Source: an uncultured Acidobacteriaceae bacterium (GTDB lineage: Bacteria > Acidobacteriota > Terriglobia > Terriglobales > Acidobacteriaceae). Taken from it: 19,413 nucleotides of DNA. Position 1 is the first letter of the stretch, and every line of letters starts with the position of its first letter. The notes under the pieces were generated by a model. It ran no database searches. It was not told the DNA's origin and worked only from the letters and a program-made list of their open reading frames with translations. This document shows positions 7,917-16,188 of this stretch, in pieces. The position numbers were made by a program, and so were the translations under genes. Where the stretch lies: contig CAIMNN010000130.1 of NCBI GenBank assembly GCA_903842845.1, forward strand, positions 1 to 19,413, in the 5' to 3' direction.

Positions 7917-9344
7917 ATGCGCTTAACAAAAAATCCGGCTAAAGCCAAGGCCAGAACATCGGCCGGCAAGCGTGCTTTTTCCGCCGGAAAAATGCGCATT
8001 CTCCCCCTCATCGCCGCCACATATTTCATGGTCTCCGGCGGCCCCTACGCCATTGAGGACATCTTCGGCGGCGCCGGCCTCGGCGCGGCAATACTCATCC
8101 TGCTTGTCCTCCCCTTTGTCTGGAGCCTCCCGACAACGCTCATGATCGGCGAGCTGGCCAGCGCCATCCCCGCCGAGGGCGGCTTCTACGTATGGGTCCG
8201 CCGCGCCCTGGGGCCCTTCTGGGGCTATCAGGAGGGCTGGCTATCCATGACCGCCAGCATCTTCGACATGGCGCTCTACCCCTCGATATTCGTCTTCTAC
8301 CTCGGCAAACTCAGCCTCTTTGCCACCGTCAGGCAGCAAATGTCCTCCGGCTGGATGCACTACGGCCTCATGCTGCTCGTGGTCGTCCTTTGCGTCCTCT
8401 GGAACCTGCGCGGCGCGCCCTCAGTCGGCCGCGGAGCCCTCGCGCTCTTCTTCCTGCTTCTGGCCCCGTTTGGGGTCTTTTTAGCGCTGGGCGCCTGGCA
8501 CGGGCTCATGCTCCACCCTGTCATCCAGTGGTCGCAGCCGCACACCCAGGAAGGCCTCTCCATGGCCATTCTCGTCGCCATGTGGAACTACATGGGCTGG
8601 GACAACGCCTCCACCGTCGCAGGCGAGGTCGATAACCCGCAGCGCAACTACCCGCGCGCCATGCTGCTCTCGGCGCTTCTAGTCGCGCTCACCTACATCT
8701 TGCCGCTTCTCGCAATGGCCGTCGCTGGCTTCTCAACCGAAGGCTTTGCCACAGGCGATTGGGTCATCGTCGCCGAAAAGCTCGGCGGTCCCTGGCTGGC
8801 CATCCTTATCGTCCTCGGCGGCAGCATCACCGGCATCGGCATGTTCAACGCCCTCGTGCTCAGCTACACGCGCCTGCCCATGGCCATGGCCGAGGATGGA
8901 ATGCTCCCCGCCGTCGTCGCCAAAAAGAACAAGCACGGCGTGCCCTGGGTCTCTGTTCTGCTCTGCGGACTCGCCTGGGCCATTGCGCTCAACCTCAGCT
9001 TCGAGCGCCTCATCTCCATCGACCTCATCCTCTACGGCTCCAGCCTCATCCTCGAGTTTGTCGCCTTGATCGTCCTGCGGCTCAAGGAGCCCGCCCTCAA
9101 GCGCCCCTTCAAAGCGGGCAGCTTTGCCACCGCCTGCGCTCTCGGCGTTGGCCCCACCGCGCTCATCCTCTACGCGCTCTATGTCTCTCGCGGCGACCAC
9201 ATCGAAACCGGAATCCCCGGCCTCGGCTCCATCTCCGCACTCGGACTCGCAGTGGTTGTCGCTCTCCTCGGCCCGCTCTTCTACTGGTTCATGGCCGCAC
9301 CCATGGCGCGACGCAGACTCGCCGCTGCCGAAGCCACTGACTGA
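7917..9344 (+). CDS. Amino acid permease, APC superfamily transporter (about 12 TM helices)
   Basis: Track ORF 7836..9344 starts with TTG. In-frame ATGs at 7896 (3 nt after GGGGAG) and 7917; 7917 (MRLTKNPAKAKART...) chosen, start uncertain by +/-21-81 nt. Highly hydrophobic with APC-like motifs (YFMVSGGPYAIED, GELASAIPAEGGFYVWV, ...GWDNASTVAGEV). Followed by a terminator. Confidence 0.85.
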   Translation: MRLTKNPAKAKARTSAGKRAFSAGKMRILPLIAATYFMVSGGPYAIEDIFGGAGLGAAILILLVLPFVWSLPTTLMIGELASAIPAEGGFYVWVRRALGPFWGYQEGWLSMTASIFDMALYPSIFVFYLGKLSLFATVRQQMSSGWMHYGLMLLVVVLCVLWNLRGAPSVGRGALALFFLLLAPFGVFLALGAWHGLMLHPVIQWSQPHTQEGLSMAILVAMWNYMGWDNASTVAGEVDNPQRNYPRAMLLSALLVALTYILPLLAMAVAGFSTEGFATGDWVIVAEKLGGPWLAILIVLGGSITGIGMFNALVLSYTRLPMAMAEDGMLPAVVAKKNKHGVPWVSVLLCGLAWAIALNLSFERLISIDLILYGSSLILEFVALIVLRLKEPALKRPFKAGSFATACALGVGPTALILYALYVSRGDHIETGIPGLGSISALGLAVVVALLGPLFYWFMAAPMARRRLAAAEATD

Positions 9345-9367
9345 TCTACATATCACTGCAAATTTAA

Positions 9368-9400
9368 AAGCCGCCGGAGTTCGGCGGCTTTGTCTATTTC
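9368..9400. terminator. Bidirectional rho-independent terminator between convergent permease (+) and ppa (-)
   Basis: GCCGCCG-GAGTT-CGGCGGC hairpin (9370-9388) followed by TTTGTCTATTTC on plus. On minus it is followed by TTTTAAATTT. Confidence 0.55.
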
Positions 9401-9945
9401 TGGCCTGCGTCGGCCAACTTCAATTTGTGTTGCTTGAATAAATTCACCGAGTGAACCACCCTGTCGCGAGCATACCCGGCATCATGCCAGCCCTTCACCT
9501 CAACCCGCTTGCCTTCAAGGTCCTTATAGATGGAAAAGAAGTGCGTTATCTCCTTGATCATGTGCGCATATACATCCGTATAGTTCCACACATTGGCGAA
9601 GCGCGGATTATTGTTTCCAACAGCGAGAACCTTTTCATCCAGCACGCCCTGGTCCAGCATCTCAAGCAGCCCGATTGGGCGAACCTCCTGCACGCACCCG
9701 GGGAAGCTCGGCGTCGGCACCAGCACCAGGACATCCAGTGGGTCGCCATCATCGCTCAGCGTCGACGGAATAAAACCATAGTCGCCGGGGTAGTGCACAG
9801 GCGAGTGCAAACTGCGGTCCAGTTTGAAGACATGCAGTTGCTTGTCGTACTCGAACTTGCTGGTCGCGTCCTTGGGAATTTCAATCACCGCGCGGAATAC
9901 TTCAGGTGCACGCTCTCCGAGGGGCAGTTCAAGATAATTGATCAT
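9394..9945 (-). CDS. ppa: Inorganic pyrophosphatase (family I)
   Basis: Track ORF 9394..9981. Start at MINYLELP (ATG 9945, GGAGA ~10 nt upstream) matches the E. coli PPase N-terminal length. Conserved motifs VIEIPKD..KFEYDK, YPGDYGFIP, DGDPLDVLV, HFF..YKDLEGK. Confidence 0.9.
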   Translation of the reverse strand: MINYLELPLGERAPEVFRAVIEIPKDATSKFEYDKQLHVFKLDRSLHSPVHYPGDYGFIPSTLSDDGDPLDVLVLVPTPSFPGCVQEVRPIGLLEMLDQGVLDEKVLAVGNNNPRFANVWNYTDVYAHMIKEITHFFSIYKDLEGKRVEVKGWHDAGYARDRVVHSVNLFKQHKLKLADAGQK

Positions 9946-10090
9946 TGCGGAATTCTCCATTCCAGTTTGCCGTCTCGGCACGCTGGAAGTTTCATCATCA
10001 AGGATGCGGCTGAGGCTTGTCTACACCGGGCGCAAAATCCCAGAAAGCCGCATGCTTATGCAGCAAATACGAATGTAAGGCGCCTGATTT

Positions 10091-11071
10091 TCAGAACGCC
10101 GCAAACGGTGGCTCCTGGCAGGCTGCGGGCTCAGGACCGGCGCTGCGTAATGCCCACTCGGCATGACGTGGTAGCCAGTTCGACCGCACCCACGGGTCCT
10201 CCAGGAAATACAATTTCAGTTTCTTGAGTCCGTTCTCGGCATTCGGAGTCTTGCGTAGTTGTGCTATCTCGTTCGCCACTTTCCAATTGGCGCATTGCTC
10301 AAGCGTGTGCAGGTCGCTCTGTTCCGCAGGCGTCAGATCACTCAGCCATTGGTCCGAAGTTTTTATCTGCCACGGGAAATAGCCCGTCCCGTTCTCCCAC
10401 TCATATGCCTCCACCTCGCGCAGAGAATCACGCACATTTCTTATCTCCAGATCGTCGATATCAAGACTGTTGTAACTGCGGTTGAATTGCTCCACATGGA
10501 TAAGCTCATGGCCAACTGAAGCCGTAATGTACGCCGGTGACTTGCACAGCAGATTGACCGAAATAAAGAGTGGAAATTTTCCATACTGTTTTGGAACCAC
10601 AGCGATACCGACGTTCTTCACCTCGTCGCGTCCCCAGATTATCTGTAGCCGCTCAGCCTCGTAACCGCTGTACCACGCAAAGACAATGCGTTCTATCAGC
10701 TTGCTTCGAAGATCCTCCGCGAATCCGGTGCTGATGTATCGGTTGCCGGCTGTTGCGCTTTGGTCCCCGACTCCCAGTGTCAGCTCCACCTGCCGGCCAA
10801 GGCAGCTCTTTGTATGCAGGTAACTGTCGCCTCGAAAATAAAGGGAATTGTAATAGGTGAGAAAGTAAACGTCATTCAACACAGGAGTCTGCGGTTGCAA
10901 AACGCAACGTTCGCTCTCCAACTCACCCGTGCACTTGACCGCGCACTCGCCGGGCCGGTCGAAGCGCATCTGGGTCGACCGGCAAAGAATCTCTTTTTGA
11001 GCTACTACTGGTAAATGAGCAAATACGGCAACAAAAAGAAAAACAAATGTCAGCATGTTACGGAAAGGCAT
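10091..11071 (-). CDS. Secreted or membrane-anchored cysteine-rich HExxH zinc-metallopeptidase-like protein (motif GHELIHVEQ, reminiscent of DUF4157-type HExxHxxQ proteins; family is low confidence)
   Basis: Track ORF 10091..11263 (GTG). Candidate starts: ATG 11254, ATG 11215, ATG 11071. Start 11071 (MPFRNMLTFVFLFVAVFAHLPVVAQ) gives a clean signal peptide and a GAGGG ~14 nt upstream; the longer forms would make this hydrophobic stretch a signal anchor. HExxH at ...YITASVGHELIHVEQF... At least 8 Cys in the mature part. GC content and codon usage (ttt, aaa, ata, gta, caa) differ visibly from the neighbours. Confidence 0.6.
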   Translation of the reverse strand: MPFRNMLTFVFLFVAVFAHLPVVAQKEILCRSTQMRFDRPGECAVKCTGELESERCVLQPQTPVLNDVYFLTYYNSLYFRGDSYLHTKSCLGRQVELTLGVGDQSATAGNRYISTGFAEDLRSKLIERIVFAWYSGYEAERLQIIWGRDEVKNVGIAVVPKQYGKFPLFISVNLLCKSPAYITASVGHELIHVEQFNRSYNSLDIDDLEIRNVRDSLREVEAYEWENGTGYFPWQIKTSDQWLSDLTPAEQSDLHTLEQCANWKVANEIAQLRKTPNAENGLKKLKLYFLEDPWVRSNWLPRHAEWALRSAGPEPAACQEPPFAAF

Positions 11072-11247
11072 ATTGCGAGCCCTGCCCTCTCGGAAGTGTT
11101 GTTGCACCCAATTTTTGGCTTTTGTGACTTCGGCCAATTCCTGGTCAAATTGTATTGCATGTCCTACATTTGTCTGACGCTCAAACCCAGCCAATGTCGC
11201 GGGGGGAAGTTTCATTTTTGACTGGAAGTCTAAAATATCACAGAACA

Positions 11248-11277
11248 CAGACATTCGATTCACCGCTTTCTCTATAA
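11248..11277 (+). promoter_or_regulatory. Candidate sigma70-type promoter for purS-glmS (-35 cAGACA 11248-11253, 18-bp spacer, -10 TATAAT 11272-11277), implying a leaderless or near-leaderless purS mRNA
   Basis: Perfect TATAAT ends 9 nt before the purS ATG (11287). No SD is present in those 9 nt. The -35 match is weak (GACA). Confidence 0.3.
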
Positions 11278-11286
11278 TCTAGAAAT

Positions 11287-11532
11287 ATGAAGGCTCATGT
11301 TACAGTCACTTTAAAAACCTCGGTCCTCGACCCCCAAGGCCAGACCATCCACAACGCGCTCGGCAAGATCGGCATTCAAGGCGTTGAAGCCGTCCGCCAA
11401 GGCAAGTACTTCCTGCTCACCCTTTCGCCATCTCTTACCAAAGATGCCGCACGCGCCGAGGTCGAGCGCATCGCCCGTGACGTTCTCACCAACCCCGTCA
11501 TCGAAGAGTTTACCTACAAGCTCGAGGAGTAG
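11287..11532 (+). CDS. purS: Phosphoribosylformylglycinamidine synthase subunit PurS
   Basis: 81 aa. [46 protein letters not shown]... matches the PurS consensus (compare B. subtilis PurS ...VSLKESVLDPQG...VRIGKY...). Stop TAG is 2 nt before the next ATG. Confidence 0.9.
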   Translation: MKAHVTVTLKTSVLDPQGQTIHNALGKIGIQGVEAVRQGKYFLLTLSPSLTKDAARAEVERIARDVLTNPVIEEFTYKLEE

Positions 11533-11534
11533 TT

Positions 11535-13403
11535 ATGTGCGGTATCGTCGGGTACGTCGGTCCCAAGGAAGTTGTCCCAGTCATCATCGAGGGGCTCCGC
11601 CGCCTCGAATACCGCGGTTATGACTCAGCCGGAATCGCCGTCGGCAAAGCCGGCGATAAAGTCCTCTCCATCCGCCGCGCACCCGGCAAGCTGCGCAACA
11701 TCGAAGAGGTTCTCCGCGAGAACCCCCTCGAAGGCACATACGGCATCGGCCACACCCGCTGGGCCACGCACGGCCGCCCCACCGAAGAGAACGCCCACCC
11801 CCATCGCGATTGCACCGGCTCCATCGTCGTCGTCCACAACGGCATCGTTGAGAACTACCTCGAACTCAAGCGTGAACTCACCGCACTCGGTCACAAGTTC
11901 GTCACTGAGACCGACACCGAGATCATCGCCCACCTCATCGAAGAGGAACGCAAGCAGAAGCCCGGTCCGATGGAAGTCGTCGTTCGCCGCGTCGTCAAGC
12001 GCCTCACCGGCGCATTCGCACTCGGCATCCTCTGCGCCGACGAGCCCGACAAGATCGTCGTCGCTCGTTACGGTCCGCCAGTCGTCATCGGCGTCGGTGA
12101 AGGCGAAGCCTTCGTCGCATCCGACGTTCCCGGCATCCTGCACCACACCCGCAATATCTACTTCCTCGCCGACGGCGACATGGCCATCCTCACGCCGCAG
12201 GGCGTCACGCTCACTGACTTCGAAGGCCAGCCCATCGTCCGCGAACTTCAACGCATCACATGGGACCCGATTCAGGCGGAAAAGGGCGGCTTCAAGCACT
12301 TCATGCTCAAGGAGATCTGGGAGCAGCCGCGCGCCATCCGCGACACCACGCTCGGCCGCGTCTCGCTCGAAACAGGCACCGTTTACCTCGGCGAAATGAA
12401 GCTCACCGACGACGACCTCCGCGCCGCCACCAGCATTCAAATTGCCGCCTGCGGAACCAGTTGGCACGCCGGACTCGCCGGCAAGTATATGATCGAACGC
12501 CTCGCGCGCATCCCTGTCGACGTCGATTACGCCAGCGAATACCGCTATCGCGACCCCATCGCCGACCCGCACGCGCTCGGGCTTCTCATCACTCAATCCG
12601 GCGAAACCGCCGACACGCTCGCAGCGCAGCGCGAGCTCAAGGCGCTCGGTTCGCCGACCGTCGCCATCTGCAACGTTGTCGGCGCAATGGTTGCGCGCGA
12701 GGCTAATGGCGCGCTTTACACGCACGCTGGCCCTGAGATAGGCGTCGCATCCACCAAGGCATTCACCGCGCAACTCACCGCACTCTTCCTGCTCGCGCTC
12801 AAGCTCGGTCAGTTACGCGGTGTGCTGACGAAAGAGCAGTCGCTCAGCTACATCGAAGCCCTCGGCCGCATCCCCGCAAAGATCGAAGAGGCGCTCAATC
12901 AAACCTCAGCCCAGTGCGAGCAGCTCGCGCGCGACTTCTCCAACTCGCGCGACTTCCTCTACCTCGGCCGCGGCATTCACTTTCCGATCGCGCTCGAAGG
13001 CGCGCTCAAGCTCAAGGAAATTTCCTACATTCACGCCGAAGGCTATCCCGCAGGCGAAATGAAGCACGGCCCGAACGCGCTCATCGACGAAACGCTGCCT
13101 GTCGTAGTCATCGCCACACGCGACGAAACGGACCCTGGCTCAAAGCTGCGCTACGAGAAAACACTCTCCAACATTCAGGAAGTCACCGCGCGTTCCGGCC
13201 GCGTGATTGCCATCGCCACCGAAGGAGACACAACCATCTCGCAACTCGTCGAGCACACCGTCTTCGTTCCGCACACGCCCGAACTACTGAGCCCGCTCAT
13301 CGAGATCGTCCCCTTGCAGCTCCTGGCCTATCACATCGCCGTCCGCCGCGGTTGCGACGTCGACCAGCCGCGCAATCTGGCCAAGTCGGTCACCGTCGAA
13401 TAA
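11535..13403 (+). CDS. glmS: Glutamine--fructose-6-phosphate aminotransferase (isomerizing), GlmS
   Basis: 622 aa. N-terminal MCGIVGYVG (Ntn Cys1). Glutaminase domain followed by two SIS domains ([15 protein letters not shown]..., [12 protein letters not shown]). Canonical C-terminus ...[15 protein letters not shown]. Overlapping ORFs 11572..12399(+) and 11625..12773(-) are shadows. Confidence 0.95.
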   Translation: MCGIVGYVGPKEVVPVIIEGLRRLEYRGYDSAGIAVGKAGDKVLSIRRAPGKLRNIEEVLRENPLEGTYGIGHTRWATHGRPTEENAHPHRDCTGSIVVVHNGIVENYLELKRELTALGHKFVTETDTEIIAHLIEEERKQKPGPMEVVVRRVVKRLTGAFALGILCADEPDKIVVARYGPPVVIGVGEGEAFVASDVPGILHHTRNIYFLADGDMAILTPQGVTLTDFEGQPIVRELQRITWDPIQAEKGGFKHFMLKEIWEQPRAIRDTTLGRVSLETGTVYLGEMKLTDDDLRAATSIQIAACGTSWHAGLAGKYMIERLARIPVDVDYASEYRYRDPIADPHALGLLITQSGETADTLAAQRELKALGSPTVAICNVVGAMVAREANGALYTHAGPEIGVASTKAFTAQLTALFLLALKLGQLRGVLTKEQSLSYIEALGRIPAKIEEALNQTSAQCEQLARDFSNSRDFLYLGRGIHFPIALEGALKLKEISYIHAEGYPAGEMKHGPNALIDETLPVVVIATRDETDPGSKLRYEKTLSNIQEVTARSGRVIAIATEGDTTISQLVEHTVFVPHTPELLSPLIEIVPLQLLAYHIAVRRGCDVDQPRNLAKSVTVE

Positions 13404-13870
13404 GCGCAAGCTCATCCTTGTGCTGATTTTCAATTTCAAGGGGCAGGTTTGCCCTGACCCCTGCCTCCTGATTCCTGAATCCTGTCTTGCAGTTCATTAG
13501 CCTCATCTGTGGCACAATCATTCCTTCAATGCCCTGCGCTGAAAGTGAAAACTCTCCACCGCTCAGGCCTTCGCTCAGAACTCGACCATCTGTCCACTTT
13601 TAGCTCGATTTTTTCGACTTCTACTCGCTGCTAACCAATAGAAATATTTACATTTAAATCAATTTGAGTGACTTTTTTTTGAAAATCAAAATGCCACTGT
13701 GCAACTGCGAAATCGCTCCAATATACAGATAAATAACCACTTACAGAAATCAGCACAGTCCGCTTCGCAGTTACTGTGAAACTGTGAAGCGTATTTAGAA
13801 TTACCCATAAATCACTGATTATTTGTGACATACACAAACCAGCACACCGCAGAGTTAAAATTGCCGCATC

Positions 13871-15283
13871 ATGAAAAACCTCAACAGAAGAGAGTTCTGC
13901 CAAATGACCGCCGCGCTCGGTGCAACCGCGCTCGCAACACCAAAGATTCTTTCCGAGCAGCCAACGCTACGCCTCTCGCTCACGGTCAACCCTGCTAAAA
14001 AAATCTCAACGTTGCCCCGCGACTACATGGGTCTGAGCTATGAGAGTGGGCAGCTAGCTTATCCGGATTATTTTTCGCCGAAGAACACTCAACTGATAAA
14101 TCTCTTCCGCAAGCTGAGCCCGTCAGGAGTTTTGCGCCTGGGCGGTAACTTGAGCGAGTTCACGATTTGGTCGGAGACGGAGCCGACACCGGCGCCTGAG
14201 TCTGGCGGATTGGTGGGGCCTGACCCTGGAGTGCGAGTGCCGCGGACGTTTACGATAACGCCGAACTCGATACGCAGCCTGAAGGGTTTTCTCGACGCAA
14301 CGGGCTGGCGCTGCATTTATGGATTGAACCTGGGCGGTGGAACGGTTGAACAGGCAGTGGCCGAGGGTGGCTTTGTTGCAAAAACACTTGGCGAGAAACT
14401 TACCTGTGTGCAATTCGGAAACGAGCCCGACCTCTTCAAGCATCGCGATGAGAACAACAGGCCGTGGAGTTACGAAGAGTATCTGACCAAGTGGAAAAGT
14501 TTTCGTGCGGAATTTCATCGGCAGCTTCCGGTTGTTGCGGTTGCGGGGCCTGACACGGCGTACAACCACGAGTGGGTGAGCCGGTTTGTGAAGGATGTGC
14601 CGAAGGAAGTTGTGATGGTGACAAGCCACTACTATCCGCTGGGGCCGCCGACGGACCCAAAGATGACGATAGAGCTGTTGCTCAATCCGGGGGAGCGTTT
14701 TGAGAGCTCCTGCCATATGCCGATCGAGTCGGCGAAGGCCGCGGGGATTCCGTTCCGCATGGCGGAGGGGAACTCGTGCTACAACGCAGGCAAGACGGGT
14801 GTGAGCGATACGTTTGCCGCCGCGCTGTGGGCAGGTGATTACTGTTTGCAGATGGCCGCGCTGGGATGCGTGGGCGTGAATTTGCATGCGGGCGCGAACG
14901 GATATTACTCGCCAATCATTGGTTCCATTGTGAATGGATTTACAGTTCGGCCGGAGTACTACGGGTTGCTGTTGGCGCAGAAGTTTGCGGGTGAGAGTTT
15001 GTGCGACGCAAAGCTCGATGCGCAGGGCGCGAATGTAACCGCGTATGCGGCGGCGGGTGAAAACAATGTGAAGTTAATTGCGTTGTTCAATAAGGATGGG
15101 CGAGAGGTAGACGTTACGATGAGCGGCATGAATAAGGCAAGGGTTGCGCGGTTCAGCGCGCAGGCAATTGATAGCAAGAGCGGGGTGACGTTTGGTGATG
15201 CCGGCGAAAAATTGTATGCGCAGAACGGAAAATGTAGTGTGCATCTGCCTGGATATTCGGCGGCAATGCTTTGGATTAAATAA
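13871..15283 (+). CDS. Glycoside hydrolase family 79 (beta-glucuronidase / heparanase-like), Tat/Sec-secreted
   Basis: 470 aa. N-terminal MKNLNRREFCQMTAALGATALA (RR-x-F signal). Clan GH-A features: VLRLGGN, acid/base motif QFGNEPD (Glu ~185), nucleophile motif FRMAEGNS (Glu ~299). Spacing and motifs are consistent with the Acidobacterium capsulatum GH79 beta-glucuronidase as I recall it (unverified). C-terminal beta-sandwich. Confidence 0.8.
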   Translation: MKNLNRREFCQMTAALGATALATPKILSEQPTLRLSLTVNPAKKISTLPRDYMGLSYESGQLAYPDYFSPKNTQLINLFRKLSPSGVLRLGGNLSEFTIWSETEPTPAPESGGLVGPDPGVRVPRTFTITPNSIRSLKGFLDATGWRCIYGLNLGGGTVEQAVAEGGFVAKTLGEKLTCVQFGNEPDLFKHRDENNRPWSYEEYLTKWKSFRAEFHRQLPVVAVAGPDTAYNHEWVSRFVKDVPKEVVMVTSHYYPLGPPTDPKMTIELLLNPGERFESSCHMPIESAKAAGIPFRMAEGNSCYNAGKTGVSDTFAAALWAGDYCLQMAALGCVGVNLHAGANGYYSPIIGSIVNGFTVRPEYYGLLLAQKFAGESLCDAKLDAQGANVTAYAAAGENNVKLIALFNKDGREVDVTMSGMNKARVARFSAQAIDSKSGVTFGDAGEKLYAQNGKCSVHLPGYSAAMLWIK

Positions 15284-15301
15284 ATCAAATCACGACTCAT
15301 C

Positions 15302-15346
15302 AAAATAAAAAGAGCAGACTTGATGATTCAAGCCTGCTCTTTTTGT
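15302..15346. terminator. Bidirectional rho-independent terminator between convergent GH79 (+) and efp (-)
   Basis: AAAATAAAA-AGAGCAG-A-CTTGA-TGAT-TCAAG-C-CTGCTCT-TTTT: long interrupted stem flanked by an A-run upstream and a T-run downstream. Confidence 0.6.
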
Positions 15347-15357
15347 GCGTGCAAAAA

Positions 15358-15933
15358 TTACGCGCGGCCGGCGAACTCGCGGGTTTCGGTGTAGACCTTG
15401 ACCTTGGTTCCGGCTTCGATGAAGAGGGGGACCTTGATCTCGATGCCGGTTTCGAGCTTCGCATTCTTCTGCGCGTTGCCGCTGGCGGTGTTGCCTCGCG
15501 CGCCGGGCTCGCAGTCGACAACCTCGAGCTCGACCTGCTGGGGCAGTTCGAGGCCGATGGGGCTGCCGTTGAACTTCTGAATCTGGAGCAGCAGTCCGTC
15601 GACGAGGAAGTCGCGTGCGTCGCCGAGCATGGATTCATTCAGCGTAAGCGTCTCGAAGTTGGACTGGTCAAGGAAGTGCGAGCCTTCGCCATCTGTATAC
15701 AGATAGGTGGCTTCGACGACCTCGAGGTCGGGCTCCTTGAACTTTTCGCCGGCCTTGAAGGTCTTGTCAAAGACGGCGCGGGTGAGCAGGTTGCGCATCT
15801 TGAGGCGGACGAGGGTCTGGCCACCGCGGGCGGTGGGAGTGGAAATTTCAAAATCGATGCAGTAGTAGGGCACGCCTTCGTGCTCAAAGTACATCTTGCG
15901 TTTTACTTCGATTGCTTCAAGAACTGATGCCAT
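15358..15933 (-). CDS. efp: Translation elongation factor P
   Basis: Track ORF 15358..15954 begins with TTG. ATG 15933 gives MASVLEAIEVKRKMYFEHEGVPYY..., 191 aa, colinear with E. coli EF-P (KOW-like N-domain, ...TYLYTDGEGSHFLD..., ...VELEVVDCEPGARGNTASG..., ...KVPLFIEAGTKVKVYTETREFAGRA). Confidence 0.9.
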   Translation of the reverse strand: MASVLEAIEVKRKMYFEHEGVPYYCIDFEISTPTARGGQTLVRLKMRNLLTRAVFDKTFKAGEKFKEPDLEVVEATYLYTDGEGSHFLDQSNFETLTLNESMLGDARDFLVDGLLLQIQKFNGSPIGLELPQQVELEVVDCEPGARGNTASGNAQKNAKLETGIEIKVPLFIEAGTKVKVYTETREFAGRA

Positions 15934-16188
15934 GTTGTCAGAAACCCCGTCCAAAAATTGTGCGTATTCACCAATTATAGTTGTTGGGCTTTCGTGCTCT
16001 TGAGCTACCGGGGAGGGGAAGCGATAAGATATCTGGCGATGGCGGCAGGGCGCAAAAACCGGCTTATAAAGGAAACGCTATGAATTGAAGACGAAATCGG
16101 CGAAAACTTACTCAATCTTTACAAACAATCCCATGAGCTGGAACAACGGCGTTTGCCGGGACATATACTTCTTTGCGGAGAAAAACAG

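Noticed and set aside
8733-9356. 207-aa minus-strand ORF and several plus-strand alternative-frame ORFs inside the permease gene (8192..8635, 8746..9069, 8759..9340, 9124..9441)
   Set aside because: All lie within the highly hydrophobic APC permease frame and have biased G/A/D/E or R/P/H compositions, so they are shadows.
9451-10227. 258-aa plus-strand ORF across ppa and the ppa/metallopeptidase intergenic
   Set aside because: Antisense to the strongly supported ppa gene. No domain-like sequence, and it spans an intergenic region.
11572-12773. ORFs 11572..12399(+) and 11625..12773(-) overlapping glmS
   Set aside because: Ser/Ala/Pro/Arg-rich low-complexity translations in alternative frames of a well-supported glmS gene.
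13507-13521. Sigma-54-like element TGGCAC-N5-TTCC upstream of the GH79 gene
   Set aside because: The -12 element has C instead of the essential G of TTGC, and it lies ~350 bp from the start codon with no enhancer-binding protein gene nearby. Too weak to call.
13424-13688. 10-bp inverted repeat TGATTTTCAA / TTGAAAATCA separated by 245 bp
   Set aside because: An AT-rich 10-mer in an AT-rich region. The arms are too far apart for a plausible hairpin or operator pair, so this is probably chance.
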